A program made the translations under genes and the position numbers. The notes below the pieces were generated by a model. That model ran no database searches. It worked only from the letters and a program-made list of their open reading frames with translations, and had not been told where the DNA came from. This document shows positions 44,218 to 57,026 of a stretch of 64,000 nt of DNA, in pieces (positions within the stretch are counted from its first letter, which is position 1; every line of letters begins with the position of its first letter). This stretch comes from Alphaproteobacteria bacterium (lineage in GTDB: Bacteria; Pseudomonadota; Alphaproteobacteria; Rhizobiales; Beijerinckiaceae), in NCBI GenBank assembly GCA_021325385.1, contig JAJPHH010000202.1, forward strand, positions 65,023 through 129,022, written 5' to 3'.

Positions 44218-44682
44218 TTACCTCGCGGTGACGGTCGTCCTCAGCTTGAGCGGCGAATCGATCTTGCGTATCGTCTCGAAAGTGCTGCCCGTTCCGCGCA
44301 CGGTGACATTGCCGTAATTGAAGATTCGCCCGAGCAAGCTCTGGTCGACATCGACGCTCTCGACCTTTTGCATGTTCATCTCGACCGTATGCCGGCGGAT
44401 GAACCCCTTCTTGAGAATGATGCGGCGGTCGGTCACCGCGATTTCCGTCGTCATGCGCCGGAACCAAGCGCGGATGAAGCTCGCCAAGGCCAGCGCGGCG
44501 AGGATCACGACGATCGCGAGCAAGAAAGCCTCGAGGCCGGTCCCGATGAGGTTCGTCGCGACGAACAGCAGGACGAGCGCTGCGATCGCCAGCCCGATCG
44601 CTTGGCCGAAGACGGTCCAGGAGACGCTCGTGCGATAGACGACCTGCTCGCCAGGTTCGAGAATGCTGTCGACATAGCTCAT
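44218..44682 (-). CDS. Bacterial PH-domain (bPH_2) membrane protein
   Basis: MSYV--IL-PGE-V, TTEIAVTDRR-I-K-G, KVESVDVDQS--GRI--YG-V. Confidence 0.88.
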   Translation of the reverse strand: MSYVDSILEPGEQVVYRTSVSWTVFGQAIGLAIAALVLLFVATNLIGTGLEAFLLAIVVILAALALASFIRAWFRRMTTEIAVTDRRIILKKGFIRRHTVEMNMQKVESVDVDQSLLGRIFNYGNVTVRGTGSTFETIRKIDSPLKLRTTVTAR

Positions 44683-44810
44683 GAGCGCTCCCCGCCGCGG
44701 ATGAACCGGAAGCATAGCTCATTCGCGGCGTCGCGCCACCCCTGCAGTCTTCGAGAAGATCGCCCGCCGTCCTTTCGCGAAGGCGCTTCGCAGCTTCATG
44801 CGCCGAGGCT

Positions 44811-45170
44811 TCAGCCCAGCGCGGCCTGGTACGCCTCAGGCTTGAATCCGAGCAGCAGCGCGCCGCCAGCTTCGAGCAGCGGCCGCTTGATCAGGGTCGG
44901 ATTTTCGAGCATCAGGCCGACAGCCTTCGCTTCGGTCAGCCCTTCTTTGGCGGCGTCGGGCAATGCGCGGAAGGTCGTACTCGACTTGTTGAGAAGCTTC
45001 TCCCAGCCGAGCGCTTTGACCCAGCCTTTGAGTCGCGCCCGATCGACGCCGTCGACGCGATAATCGTGAAAGCGATAGGCGACGCCGCGGCCGTCCAGCC
45101 ATTTGCGCGCCTTGGTCGTCGTCTCGCAAGTCTTGATGCCGTAGATGACGACCTCTTTACCCCCGGCCAC
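44811..45170 (-). CDS. ArsC / Spx / MgsR-like protein (YffB-type)
   Basis: YGIKTCETTTKA, LLNK-STTFR, NPTLIKRP; GTG 45170 at good spacing from GAGGAGG. Confidence 0.88.
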   Translation of the reverse strand: MAGGKEVVIYGIKTCETTTKARKWLDGRGVAYRFHDYRVDGVDRARLKGWVKALGWEKLLNKSSTTFRALPDAAKEGLTEAKAVGLMLENPTLIKRPLLEAGGALLLGFKPEAYQAALG

Positions 45171-45257
45171 GTTCAAGCCTCCTCGAGACTGGGATCGTCG
45201 AGATAAGGTCGGCCAAAACGGCGCAAAAGTCGACCAGCCTCGCCAACCGACCGGCGC

Positions 45258-45962
45258 TTACCCCCGCTTCGGGATATCCAGCCCCCGCTGCACCGCCGGC
45301 CGGGCCAGGCAGCGGTCGAGCCAGCGCGGCGTGCGCTCCAATTCGTCGAACGCGACGAGGTCGCGCGCGCCGTAAAAGCCGATGAGATTGCGCACCCAGC
45401 CGAGCATCGAGACGTCGGCGATGGTGAACTCGTCGCCCATGATCCAAGGCGCGCCGTCGAGCCGCGTCTCGACGACGCGAAGCAGGCGCTTCGATTCGGC
45501 GCGGTATCGCTCGAGCGGCCTCTTGTCCTCGATCTCCTTGCCGCCGAATTTGTAGAAATAGCCGAGCTGGCCGAACATCGGGCCGATGAACGCCATCTGG
45601 AAGAAGACCCACTGGATCGTTTCGTAGCGCCGCGCCGGATCCTTCGGCAGGAGTTGGCCGGTCTTTTCGGCGAGATAGAGGAGGATCGCGCCGGATTCGA
45701 ACAGGCCGATCGGCTTGCCGCCGGGGCCGTTCGGATCAATGATCGCCGGGATTTTGCCGTTCGGATTGAGCGATAAGAATTCCGGCGTCCAGCTCTCGTT
45801 CCTGCCGATATCGACGAGATGCGCTTCGTAAGGCAGCCCGATCTCCTCCAGCATGATCGAAACCTTCACCCCGTTCGGCGTCGGCAGCGAATAGAGCTGC
45901 AGCCGATCGGGATGCCGCGCCGGCCAGCGCTTGGTGATCGGAAAGGCGGAGAGATCGGGCAT
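45258..45962 (-). CDS. Glutathione S-transferase (YfcG/YghU-like)
   Basis: TPNGVKV, NPNGKIPAI, FESGAIL, GPMFGQ, TIADV. Confidence 0.92.
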   Translation of the reverse strand: MPDLSAFPITKRWPARHPDRLQLYSLPTPNGVKVSIMLEEIGLPYEAHLVDIGRNESWTPEFLSLNPNGKIPAIIDPNGPGGKPIGLFESGAILLYLAEKTGQLLPKDPARRYETIQWVFFQMAFIGPMFGQLGYFYKFGGKEIEDKRPLERYRAESKRLLRVVETRLDGAPWIMGDEFTIADVSMLGWVRNLIGFYGARDLVAFDELERTPRWLDRCLARPAVQRGLDIPKRG

Positions 45963-46097
45963 TCACGGCTCCGGAGGCGGGGGAATGGGATGCAACATAG
46001 TGCGATTTCCGCAAGGCGCAATCCCGGCCCGCGCCGATTCCGTCCAAGCTTGGGCGGGAGCGCCGCCCACGGCGTACGCCGGACCAATTTTCCGACC

Positions 46098-46760
46098 TCA
46101 TGGCCGCGGCGCCGGGACGGGAGCGGGGAATTGCGCGAGAATGGCGGCGACTTCGTCGTCCGAAAGTTGGCGGAAGTCGCGATAGAAGGCGCCGATCGCG
46201 CCGAACCTTTCGTACTCCTCCAGGCAGACGATCTCGTCGGCCTCGGCGCGGAGCTCGCGCAACGCAGCGCTGGCCGCCACCGGCGCAGCCAGGACAAGTC
46301 TCGCCGGATTTTGCCGGCGCGCCGCGCGCAGCGCCGCTCGCGTCGTCGCCCCGGTGGCGACGCCGTCGTCGACGACGATGACGGTCCTGCCGCCCCAATC
46401 GATCGGCGCGCGACCGGCGAGATATTTTTGGCGGCGACGATGGATTTCGGCAAGTTCGCGATCGCGTATGGCGGCGAACTCGCCCTCGGTGACGCCGGCG
46501 ACGCCGATGACCTCCTCGTTCCGTACGGTCAGCGGCGCGGCGCCGTCGACCACTGCGCCCATCGCCAGTTCAGGCTGGTACGGAACGCCGATCTTCCGCA
46601 CCAGGATCAGATCGAGCGGCGCTTCGAGCGCGCGCGCGATTTCCGCGGCGACCGGCGCGCCGCCTCGGACCAAGGCGAGGACGACCGGATGTTCGTCCTT
46701 GTAGCCGGCCAGAGCTTTGGCGAGGCCGCGCCCGGCCTCCGCGCGATCCCGGAACGGCAT
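46098..46760 (-). CDS. Phosphoribosyltransferase domain protein
   Basis: F-DR-EAGR-LA, VRKIG-P-QPELAMGA, VVDDGVATG, IG-FY-DF-Q--DDEV. Confidence 0.9.
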   Translation of the reverse strand: MPFRDRAEAGRGLAKALAGYKDEHPVVLALVRGGAPVAAEIARALEAPLDLILVRKIGVPYQPELAMGAVVDGAAPLTVRNEEVIGVAGVTEGEFAAIRDRELAEIHRRRQKYLAGRAPIDWGGRTVIVVDDGVATGATTRAALRAARRQNPARLVLAAPVAASAALRELRAEADEIVCLEEYERFGAIGAFYRDFRQLSDDEVAAILAQFPAPVPAPRP

Positions 46761-46771
46761 ATCCGCCCTCC

Positions 46772-47446
46772 CTAAGCCTCATGCGCCCGACGATCGATAT
46801 CGCGCCGAACATAGCTCGCAAACCATTCCGCCGCGTAGCGACCGACCGCCTCGAGCGCGCCGGGCTCGGAGAAAAGATGGCTGGCGCCGGGCACGACGCG
46901 CAAAGCTTTTGTGCATTTCAGAGCGGCTAAGGCCTGCTCGTTCAAATCCAAGACGATCCCATCGTCGCCGCCGACGATCAGCAGCGTCGGCGCGCGCACA
47001 AGCGGCGCGGCCTCGCCGGCAAGATCGGGCCGGCCGCCACGCGAGACGACGGCGGCGATGCGATCGCCGAGCCGAGCGGCGGCTTTCAGCGCCGCCGCGG
47101 CGCCGGTGCTGGCGCCAAACAGGCCGAGCGGCAATTTCGCCAATTCCGGATCGCGGCCGATCCATTCGATCGCCCAGTTGAGGCGCTCGGCCAACAGGTC
47201 GATGTTGAACACGTTGCTCCGGTCGCGCTCCTCTTCGGCTTTCAGCAGGTCGAAGAGAAGCGTGGCGAAACCGGCGCGATTGAGCCCGTCCGCCACTGCG
47301 CGATTGCGCGGGCTCAGGCGACTCGAGCCGCCGCCATGCGCGAAAACGACGAGGCCCTTCGGCTCCGCCGGCGCGGCGAGGTCGCCTGGCAGGTCGAGCG
47401 GGGCGATGCGAATCTCGCGGCTGACTATCTTCGGTTCGCGCAGCAT
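46772..47446 (-). CDS. Dienelactone-hydrolase-like alpha/beta hydrolase
   Basis: FAHGGGSSRLSPRN, FGASTGAA, SRGGRPDLA, GASHLF-EPG. Confidence 0.9.
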   Translation of the reverse strand: MLREPKIVSREIRIAPLDLPGDLAAPAEPKGLVVFAHGGGSSRLSPRNRAVADGLNRAGFATLLFDLLKAEEERDRSNVFNIDLLAERLNWAIEWIGRDPELAKLPLGLFGASTGAAAALKAAARLGDRIAAVVSRGGRPDLAGEAAPLVRAPTLLIVGGDDGIVLDLNEQALAALKCTKALRVVPGASHLFSEPGALEAVGRYAAEWFASYVRRDIDRRAHEA

Positions 47447-47557
47447 GAGCGCAGGCTTATCCCAACGGACAAGGCCTGATATCCCGCCTCCGTCGCGACG
47501 CTTCGAAGGGCCGCAAGCGTGGCGAGATCGGCCGAGACGCAGTCTCGTCCGCCTTCA

Positions 47558-47582
47558 AACAGGCCGCGAGGCCGTCTGTTCC
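47558..47582 (-). promoter_or_regulatory. Candidate EcfG/SigT promoter for the hydrolase-PRTase unit
   Basis: Minus strand GGAAC-N16-TGTT. Confidence 0.55.
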
Positions 47583-47663
47583 TGGGGCCCGCTCAGCGCC
47601 GTTTCCGCGATTCGCGGCGGCGATTTTCGCCAATTCGCCTCGTTGCGGCGCCCAAATCGCCGA

Positions 47664-49709
47664 TCAATCTTTGGGAACGTTCTCCTCCAGTTCGGCCAGC
47701 CAGATATCGGCGCGCGCGTCGGACGGGGCGCGCCAATCGCCGCGCGGCGATAGCGAGCCGCCGGCCGTGATTTTCGGTCCGTTGGGCAAGGTCGAGCGCT
47801 TGAACTGGTTGGCGAAGAAGCGGCGGAGGAAAAGCGCCAGCCAATGTTTGATCTCGGCCAGCGAATAGGCGCGCTGGTCCTCACTCGGGATGTCGACCGG
47901 CCATGAGCCGCGCTCGGCGTCGCCCCAGGCGTTGAGCGCGAGGAAAGCGATCTTCGAGGGCCGAAAGCCGTAGCGCGTCAGATAGAACAGATTGAAATCC
48001 TGCAGCGCGTACGGGCCGACGACCTGCTGCGTCGACTGGATCGGCCGGTCGGCCGAGGGCGGCGTCAATTCGGGCGAGATTTCGGTGGCGAGAACAGCGC
48101 GCAGCACGGCGGACGTCGCTTGATCGACGTCGCCCGATCCAGCGACGAAACGGATCAGATGCTGTATCAGCGTCTTCGGCACCGAGGCGTTGACGTTGTA
48201 ATGCGACATGTGATCGCCGACGCCATAAGTGCACCAGCCGAGGGCGAGTTCGGAAAGATCGCCGGTGCCGACGACAATGCCGCCGCGCTGATTGGCGAGA
48301 CGGAACAGATAGTCGGTGCGCAAGCCCGCTTGTACGTTTTCGAACGTGACGTCGTAGACCGGCTCGCCTTTGGCGAAGGGGTGACGCATATCCGTGAGCA
48401 TCTGCTGCGCCGCCGGCCGGATGTCGATCTCTTCGCCGGTCGCGCCGAGCGCGCGGATCAGCGCCCAGGCGTTGGCCTTGGTCTTTTCGGACGTGGCGAA
48501 ACCCGGCAAGGTGTAGGCGAGCACGTTCTTGCGCTCGCGGCCGAGCAAATCCATCGCCCGCGCCGCGACGATCAGCGCCTGGGTCGAATCCAAGCCGCCG
48601 GAGACGCCGATGATTGCGCGCTCGGCGCCGGTCGCGGCGAGGCGTTGGGCGAGGCCTTGCACCTGAATATTGTACGCTTCGTAGCAATCCGCGCGCAGCT
48701 TGGTCGGATCCGCCGGCACGAAGGGAAATCGTTCGATCGCGCGTTGCAACGCGACCGGCTCGTTCGGCGCGTCGAGTTGGAGCGTGGCGGTTCTAAAAGG
48801 CGGCGCCCTGCCGAGCTCGGCGCGCGCGCAATCGCCGAAACTGTTCATCCGCATCCGCTCCTGGCGCAGACGGCCGAGATCGATATCGGCGACGGCCATG
48901 GCGGGAGCGCGCGGAAAGCGCTCGGTTTCCGCGAGCAGATCGCCGAGTTCGAACACGGCGGCGTGCCCGTCCCAGGCTAGGTCGGTCGTCGACTCGCCGG
49001 GACCCGCGGCGGAATAGGCGTAAGCGGCGATTGCCCGAGAAGACTGGCTGGCGCAGAGCAGCCGTCTCGTATCGGCCTTGCCGATCGTGATGTTGCTCGC
49101 CGAGAGATTGAGAAGCACTTCGGCGCCGGCCAGCGCCGCGGCGGTCGAGGGCGGCGAAGGAACCCAGATGTCTTCGCAAATTTCGACGTGAAAAACGAAC
49201 GGCGCCGAACCCGTCGAGCGAAACAGAAGATCGACGCCGAACGGCGCTCTTCGTCCGGCGATCGTCGCCTCGCGCCCGACCACGCCGGCGCCGGCGGTGA
49301 AGTGGCGGCGTTCATAAAATTCGCGATAGTTCGGCAGATAGGCCTTCGGCACGATGCCGAGAATTGCGCCGCGATGGACGATCACCGCCGCGTTGAACAA
49401 TCGGCCCTCGATTCTCAGCGGCGCGCCAAGGACAAGCGCCGGGAACAGGCCGCGCGAGGCTTCGAGGATCCGATCGATCGCCTTCTCGACGGAATCGAGC
49501 AGCGCGTCTTGAAACAAGAGATCGTCGATCGCGTAAGACGAGAGGCCGAGCTCCGGAAACAGCATCAGCGCGGCCTTGTCTCGATCGCCGATTTCGGCGA
49601 GCCGCAACGTCGCCTCCGCGGCGAATTCCGGATCGGCGACGCGCGCCTCCGGCACGCAGGCCGCGATGCGGATGAAATCGTGTCGATACAGCGAAGAAAA
49701 CGCCGTCAA
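47664..49709 (-). CDS. nadE: Glutamine-dependent NAD+ synthetase
   Basis: Nitrilase domain ([22 protein letters not shown]) plus SGGLDS, ENVQA, GTGDLSE, FKRS--PNGPK; TTG 49709 preferred. Confidence 0.95.
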   Translation of the reverse strand: MTAFSSLYRHDFIRIAACVPEARVADPEFAAEATLRLAEIGDRDKAALMLFPELGLSSYAIDDLLFQDALLDSVEKAIDRILEASRGLFPALVLGAPLRIEGRLFNAAVIVHRGAILGIVPKAYLPNYREFYERRHFTAGAGVVGREATIAGRRAPFGVDLLFRSTGSAPFVFHVEICEDIWVPSPPSTAAALAGAEVLLNLSASNITIGKADTRRLLCASQSSRAIAAYAYSAAGPGESTTDLAWDGHAAVFELGDLLAETERFPRAPAMAVADIDLGRLRQERMRMNSFGDCARAELGRAPPFRTATLQLDAPNEPVALQRAIERFPFVPADPTKLRADCYEAYNIQVQGLAQRLAATGAERAIIGVSGGLDSTQALIVAARAMDLLGRERKNVLAYTLPGFATSEKTKANAWALIRALGATGEEIDIRPAAQQMLTDMRHPFAKGEPVYDVTFENVQAGLRTDYLFRLANQRGGIVVGTGDLSELALGWCTYGVGDHMSHYNVNASVPKTLIQHLIRFVAGSGDVDQATSAVLRAVLATEISPELTPPSADRPIQSTQQVVGPYALQDFNLFYLTRYGFRPSKIAFLALNAWGDAERGSWPVDIPSEDQRAYSLAEIKHWLALFLRRFFANQFKRSTLPNGPKITAGGSLSPRGDWRAPSDARADIWLAELEENVPKD

Positions 49710-49863
49710 AACTGCAAACCTTTCGCTCGATACAGCCGTTTCGCCGCGCGCGAAGACGGCTGGCGACGATAAAGCTTGCCGCCCGATTCTCAAAACCCGA
49801 GGAGCCGAAGATTGATCCTCGCCGCCCTTAAGGGTTAAGAGGCGATCAGTTCAGAGAGGTTCT

Positions 49864-51261
49864 ATGTCCTCCTCGGTTCCCGACCTGGTCGGTCTGATCG
49901 ACGTCCTTTTGGCCGGATGGGTGACGTGCCACGTCCTGCTGCATAAGCGGGACGTACGCGCCGCGATCGGCTGGATCGGCATCGCGTGGCTGGCGCCGTT
50001 CCTTGGCGCGCTGCTTTATCTCGGGTTCGGCATCAGCCGCGTCAAGCGGCGCGCCCGCCGCCTGATGGGCGTCGACCGACCAGTCGACTCCTTTTTCGAC
50101 CGCGACGTCTCTTCGGACGATCCCGTCGAACGGCTGAAGATCGCGGTCGGCAGGATCACCGGCGAGGAGATCAGCCTCGGCAAGGCGGTCGCGATCTTGG
50201 ACAGCGGCGACGAAGCTTATCCGCATATGATCGCAGCGATCGATGGCGCGAAAGCCGAAATTGCCCTTTCGACCTATATATTCCGCACCGACGAAGTTGG
50301 CGGCCAATTCATCGAGGCGCTGACCCGCGCGCGCCGAAGAGGCGTCCGGACGCGCGTTCTGATCGATGGAATCGGCGGCGGATTCCTGTTCTCGCGCGCC
50401 TATCGCCGGCTGCGCAAGAACGGCGTCCCCGCCGCGCGTTTTCTCCATTCGGCGCTGCCTTGGCAAATGCCGCTTTTGGATTTGCGGCTGCACAAGAAGA
50501 CCCTCATAGTCGATCGTGCGGCGGCCTATATCGGCGGCTTGAATATCGGCGCCGAGAACCTGAGCGGGACGCCGAAGCGAACCACGGTCCGCGACCTCCA
50601 TTTCCGCATCGAAGGCCCGGTCGTTCGGCAAATCGCCGAGGATTTCGACGAGGATTGGGCCTTCGCCGCCGGCGAGAAGCCAGCCGCGGCCGCGCCGATT
50701 CCGGCTACGCCGATGAGCGGCGACGCGGCGCGCGTGATTGTCGCCGGCCCCGACCAGGAGGAAGACCGGCTCGCGCTTGTGCTTTCTTCGGCGATCAACT
50801 CCGCCCAGCGTTCGATCCGGATCGCGACGCCCTATTTCCTACCCGACGAGCCCTTGGTCACGGCGCTTCAATTGGCCGCCTTGCGCGGGGTCAGCGTTCA
50901 GATCGTCCTGCCGGCTGTCAACAATCATCCCGTCGTCGCTGCGGCGACGCGGGCCCATATCGAGCCTTTACTACAGGCCGGCTGTCGGATATGGCGAGGA
51001 CCGCCGCCTTTCGACCATAGCAAGCTGCTGACGATCGACGGCGAATGGAGCCTGATCGGCAGCCCGAACTGGGATATCCGCAGCCTGCGCCTCAATTTCG
51101 AGATCGCGTTGGAATGCTACAGCGCCGATCTGGCGCGCCGTTTGAGCGAGATTTTGGATCGAAAGCGGATCGAGCCGGTGACTTTGCAAGAAATCCAGGG
51201 CCGCCCCGTTCTTATCAAGCTGCGGGACGCTGCAGCGCGCCTCTTAGCTCCCTATTTATAA
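49864..51261 (+). CDS. Cardiolipin-synthase-like phospholipase D
   Basis: Two HKD motifs (HKKTLIVD, HSKLLTID), GGLNIG, PYF-P; N-terminal TM segments. Confidence 0.9.
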   Translation: MSSSVPDLVGLIDVLLAGWVTCHVLLHKRDVRAAIGWIGIAWLAPFLGALLYLGFGISRVKRRARRLMGVDRPVDSFFDRDVSSDDPVERLKIAVGRITGEEISLGKAVAILDSGDEAYPHMIAAIDGAKAEIALSTYIFRTDEVGGQFIEALTRARRRGVRTRVLIDGIGGGFLFSRAYRRLRKNGVPAARFLHSALPWQMPLLDLRLHKKTLIVDRAAAYIGGLNIGAENLSGTPKRTTVRDLHFRIEGPVVRQIAEDFDEDWAFAAGEKPAAAAPIPATPMSGDAARVIVAGPDQEEDRLALVLSSAINSAQRSIRIATPYFLPDEPLVTALQLAALRGVSVQIVLPAVNNHPVVAAATRAHIEPLLQAGCRIWRGPPPFDHSKLLTIDGEWSLIGSPNWDIRSLRLNFEIALECYSADLARRLSEILDRKRIEPVTLQEIQGRPVLIKLRDAAARLLAPYL

Positions 51262-51284
51262 AAAGGGTCGATAATCCGCCCGTC

Positions 51285-52007
51285 ATGAAAATCGCATCGT
51301 ACAACATTCACAAATGCCGGGGCGCCGACGGCCGGGTGCGGCCGGACCGCATCGTTTCGGTCATCGGCGAAATGTCCGCCGATCTTATCGCCCTGCAGGA
51401 GGTCGACGGCCGCTTCGGACGGCGCGGCGGCCTGCTTGATCCAGCCGCGATCCGGCGCGAGACGGGCATGCATCTTCTGGTCCAGTCGGACGCGCCCGAC
51501 CGGCATGGCTGGCATGGCAATGCGCTGTTGGTTCGCGGCGAGCCGAAATCCTATCGCCGCGCGCGGCTGAAATTGCCGGGATTCGAACCGCGCGGCGCGA
51601 TCGTCGCCGAACTCGACCTCGGCGAGGGCGAATTTCGCGTCATCGCCGCTCATTTCGGCCTGCTCCGCCGCTCACGGATGGACCAGGCCCTGGCGCTGCT
51701 CGCCGCCTTCCGCGATTTGCCGCCGATGAACACGATCCTGCTGGGCGATCTCAACGAATGGCGCCGCCGAAGGCGCTCGGCGCTCGAAATTCTCGAACCG
51801 ACCTTCGGCCCGGCGCCGACGGTCTTGAGCTTTCCCTCGCGCCGGCCGGTCTTGCCGCTCGACTGCATTTTCGGCTGGCCGACCGGCTTGATCGGCCAAA
51901 TCGCCGCCCATGACACGCCATTGGCGCGCCGGGCGTCGGATCATTTGCCGCTGACGGCGCGGGCCCATCTCGGCGCCGAGACGCCTCTTCTGCAGGAAGC
52001 GGCTTAG
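51285..52007 (+). CDS. Endonuclease/exonuclease/phosphatase family protein
   Basis: SYNIHK, ALQEVD, GDLNEW, LD-IF, ASDHLP. Confidence 0.92.
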   Translation: MKIASYNIHKCRGADGRVRPDRIVSVIGEMSADLIALQEVDGRFGRRGGLLDPAAIRRETGMHLLVQSDAPDRHGWHGNALLVRGEPKSYRRARLKLPGFEPRGAIVAELDLGEGEFRVIAAHFGLLRRSRMDQALALLAAFRDLPPMNTILLGDLNEWRRRRRSALEILEPTFGPAPTVLSFPSRRPVLPLDCIFGWPTGLIGQIAAHDTPLARRASDHLPLTARAHLGAETPLLQEAA

Positions 52008-52020
52008 CCTTCCCCGAGAC

Positions 52021-53124
52021 TTAGGAAACAATCGGCCGCCGCGGCCGCCAGCCTGGCTGCGCGGATTTGATCATCATGATCTCGGTCAGGCTCTGACGGG
52101 TGAAGAGCCCGACCAGCCGGCCGGACGGATCGACGACGCAGAGCGCGGCATCGCGGCTCGGGGCGAGCCGGTCGACGGCGGCTTCAAGCCCAGCCGTCGG
52201 ATTCACGGTCACGGCCGGCTTGAGCGCAAGGTCGGACACCGCCATTTCATTGTCGTTCCGGCCGAGGGCGGCGATGATGTCGTCGCGGACCAGGACCCCG
52301 AGCGGCCGCCCGGCGCCGTCGACGACCGGGAATTCGTCCTGGCCTGTCGCGAGCAGGATCTGAACCGCATCCGCGACCCTGGCGCCGGCGGGTATGGCGG
52401 TGAAGCGCGTCTCCATGGCGTCCTGCACGGCCAAGCCGCGCACCGCGTCTTTCAGCCCCGCCATTTGCGCTTCGCCCGCCGCCGCGACATAGACGAAGAT
52501 CGCGATGAAAATCAGCAGAGGATTGCCGAATAAGCCGAGAAAACCCAGGGCGAAAGCGAACGCTTGCCCGATCGAGGCGGCGATCTGCGTCGCCCTGGCC
52601 GCGCCGAACCGCATGGCGAGCAGCGCCCGCAACACGCGTCCCCCGTCCATCGGGAAAGCGGGGATCAAATTGAAAATGACCAATGCGAGATTGGCGGCGG
52701 CGAGCCGGGCGATCAGCGAAATATGCGGATCGTCGAGTCGCGCCGCCGCGTCCGGATCGATCCGGCCGATTATGGCGAACAGGACAATGGCGATGACGAC
52801 GTTGACCATAGGTCCGGCGATCGCCACCGCCAGCTCCTGGCTCGGCTTTTCGGGAATGCGCTCGAGGCTGGCGACGCCGCCGATCGGCAGAAGCGTGACC
52901 TCGGGCGTGTGGACGCCGTAGCGCCTCGCCGCCACGATATGTCCGAACTCGTGCAGAGTGACGCAGACAAACAAGAGAAAGACAAAGAGGATGCTGCGCC
53001 ATGCGGCCGCAGCGCCCTCTTGAAAAAGCGCGCTGAACCAAATCCAAGCCAGGAACAGCAAGAACGTCGCGTGAACCTTCACCGCCGTTCCGCCGAAGCG
53101 GCCGATCGTGACCGACCATCTCAT
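52021..53124 (-). CDS. Site-2 protease (M50) with CBS domains
   Basis: HEFGH, AGP-VN, FNLIPAFPMDGGR; C-terminal CBS pair. Confidence 0.93.
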   Translation of the reverse strand: MRWSVTIGRFGGTAVKVHATFLLFLAWIWFSALFQEGAAAAWRSILFVFLLFVCVTLHEFGHIVAARRYGVHTPEVTLLPIGGVASLERIPEKPSQELAVAIAGPMVNVVIAIVLFAIIGRIDPDAAARLDDPHISLIARLAAANLALVIFNLIPAFPMDGGRVLRALLAMRFGAARATQIAASIGQAFAFALGFLGLFGNPLLIFIAIFVYVAAAGEAQMAGLKDAVRGLAVQDAMETRFTAIPAGARVADAVQILLATGQDEFPVVDGAGRPLGVLVRDDIIAALGRNDNEMAVSDLALKPAVTVNPTAGLEAAVDRLAPSRDAALCVVDPSGRLVGLFTRQSLTEIMMIKSAQPGWRPRRPIVS

Positions 53125-53369
53125 TGTCAGCTCCTCGACGACGCGGAACGAAGGCGACGCGAAGCCTATCTTAATTGCCTCCCCGCCAAACGCCGAGTCG
53201 CCGCCGCATCGACCCCACGAGAGAGCGGCGCGGACGAGTCGTCATCATCGATGCGCCGCGCGGACGCTCTCGATTCATGTCGATCGGCCGAGCATTTGTT
53301 TCTGGCCGAACGTTGGCGTCGCGGCGGGGGAAAGCTTGGCGTGGCGCCCCGGCGCCGAACCGGTTACTC

Positions 53370-53394
53370 TGAACACGCGTCGAACCTTCGCGTT
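53370..53394 (+). promoter_or_regulatory. Candidate EcfG-like promoter for hsp20-lon
   Basis: TGAAC-N16-CGTT (one mismatch). Confidence 0.45.
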
Positions 53395-53422
53395 ATTTGC
53401 GGTTAGCGCCGCGGGCAGGTGA

Positions 53423-53828
53423 ATGATGGATTCGCGCTTCTCCCGTTATTGGACGTGGTCGGAAGCTCTGGACATGCTGGCGCGCGCCGAGCGCATGCAT
53501 CGGCAGTTCATTCGGCCGACCGGCTCGCGCGTCGCGTGGGAGCCGCCGGTCGACGTACTGGAGACCGACCGCGCCGTCTTGGTGCTCGTCGCGTTGCCGG
53601 GAGTCGACCTTGACCAGGCTCAGATCACGCTCGACGGCGGCGAATTGGTCTTTTCCGGGGTACGCGAGTTTCCGGCCGAGATGCGGACCGCAATCATCCA
53701 TCGCCTCGAATTGCCGCAAGGCCGTTTTGAACGCCGCGTTCGCCTGCCGCCGGGGCGATACAGCGCCATTCATCGCTCGGATGGGAAGGGCTGCCTTCTG
53801 GTGACATTGAAGAAGTCGGGAGCCGAGG

Positions 53829-53836
<8 letters not shown>
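53423..53836 (+). CDS. Hsp20 / alpha-crystallin small heat-shock protein
   Basis: WEPPVDVLET, VALPGV, G-FERR--LP, G-L-V-L-K. Confidence 0.9.
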
Positions 53837-56234
<2,398 letters not shown>

Positions 56235-56240
56235 CCGTAC

Positions 56241-56385
56241 CCGTCATCGCGAGCGAGGCGAAGCGATCCGCTCTAAGGGCTCGGGCTTATGAATGGATCG
56301 CGTCGTCGCCATAGCCCTGCCTCGGCGGGTCGCGTCTATGGACGACGGGCGCGATGCGCATCTCTGGCTCCTCGCATTGAGGCGG
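56241..56385. repeat. Degenerate/composite CGTC-type palindromic repeat
   Basis: CCGTCATCGCGAGCGAGGCGAAGCGATCC ... TGGATCGCGTCGTCGC, then about 55 nt of extra sequence, then GCTCCTCGCATTGAGGCGG. Confidence 0.65.
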
Positions 56386-56407
56386 AGCGCCCTTTTTTGG
56401 CTTGGCC

Positions 56408-57015
56408 TCAGCCTTTCCCCGCCGGAATCGGCTCGCCCAGCGATAGCATCAGGCGATTGGCCCAACTGAAGAAGGCCGCGCTGTAGACGACGTCGACGAT
56501 GGCGAGATCGTCAAGCCCGTTTCGACGCAGCTCCTCCACTTCGCCCGTACCGAACGAAGCCGGCGTGCGGGCGAGCGCCGCCGCGGCGGCGACGATCGCG
56601 CGCCAGCGTTCGTCGAGATCGGCCTTGACGCCCTTGTCGAGCAGGCGCTGCACCTCGCGGCGCCGCTTCGAATAGGTCGAGGCGAAGCGGGCATGGACCG
56701 AGGCGCAGAAGATGCAGCCGTTCTCGCGCGACACGGCGGTCGCCGCCAGCTCGCGCTCGGCGCGCGGCAGGCCGGCGACCGGATTGTAGAAAATATCCTT
56801 GTCCGTCTTGGTGCGCGCCTCGAGAATTTCCGGATCGCGCGCCAGCAGCATGAAATAAGGCGATTTCGCCCGCGACGCGTCGACCAACCCGGCCCAGTGG
56901 CGATCGGTCAACTGATCCTCCGACAAGGGTTCGAGCCAGGGCCTCCAGCCAAGCTCGTCCTGCGTGAAGGCGGCGGGACGATCGCCCTGCGATTTGCGAT
57001 GACCTTCTCCGTCAT
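56408..57015 (-). pseudogene. Alkylhydroperoxidase/CMD-domain gene (Avi_7169-like) with an apparent 1-nt frameshift near its 5' end
   Basis: ATG 57015 with GAGG RBS is 608 nt from the stop (not a multiple of 3); the conserved FTQDELGW-PWL..SRENGCIFCASVH frame has no nearby start. Confidence 0.75.
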
Positions 57016-57026
57016 GATGCGCCTCG

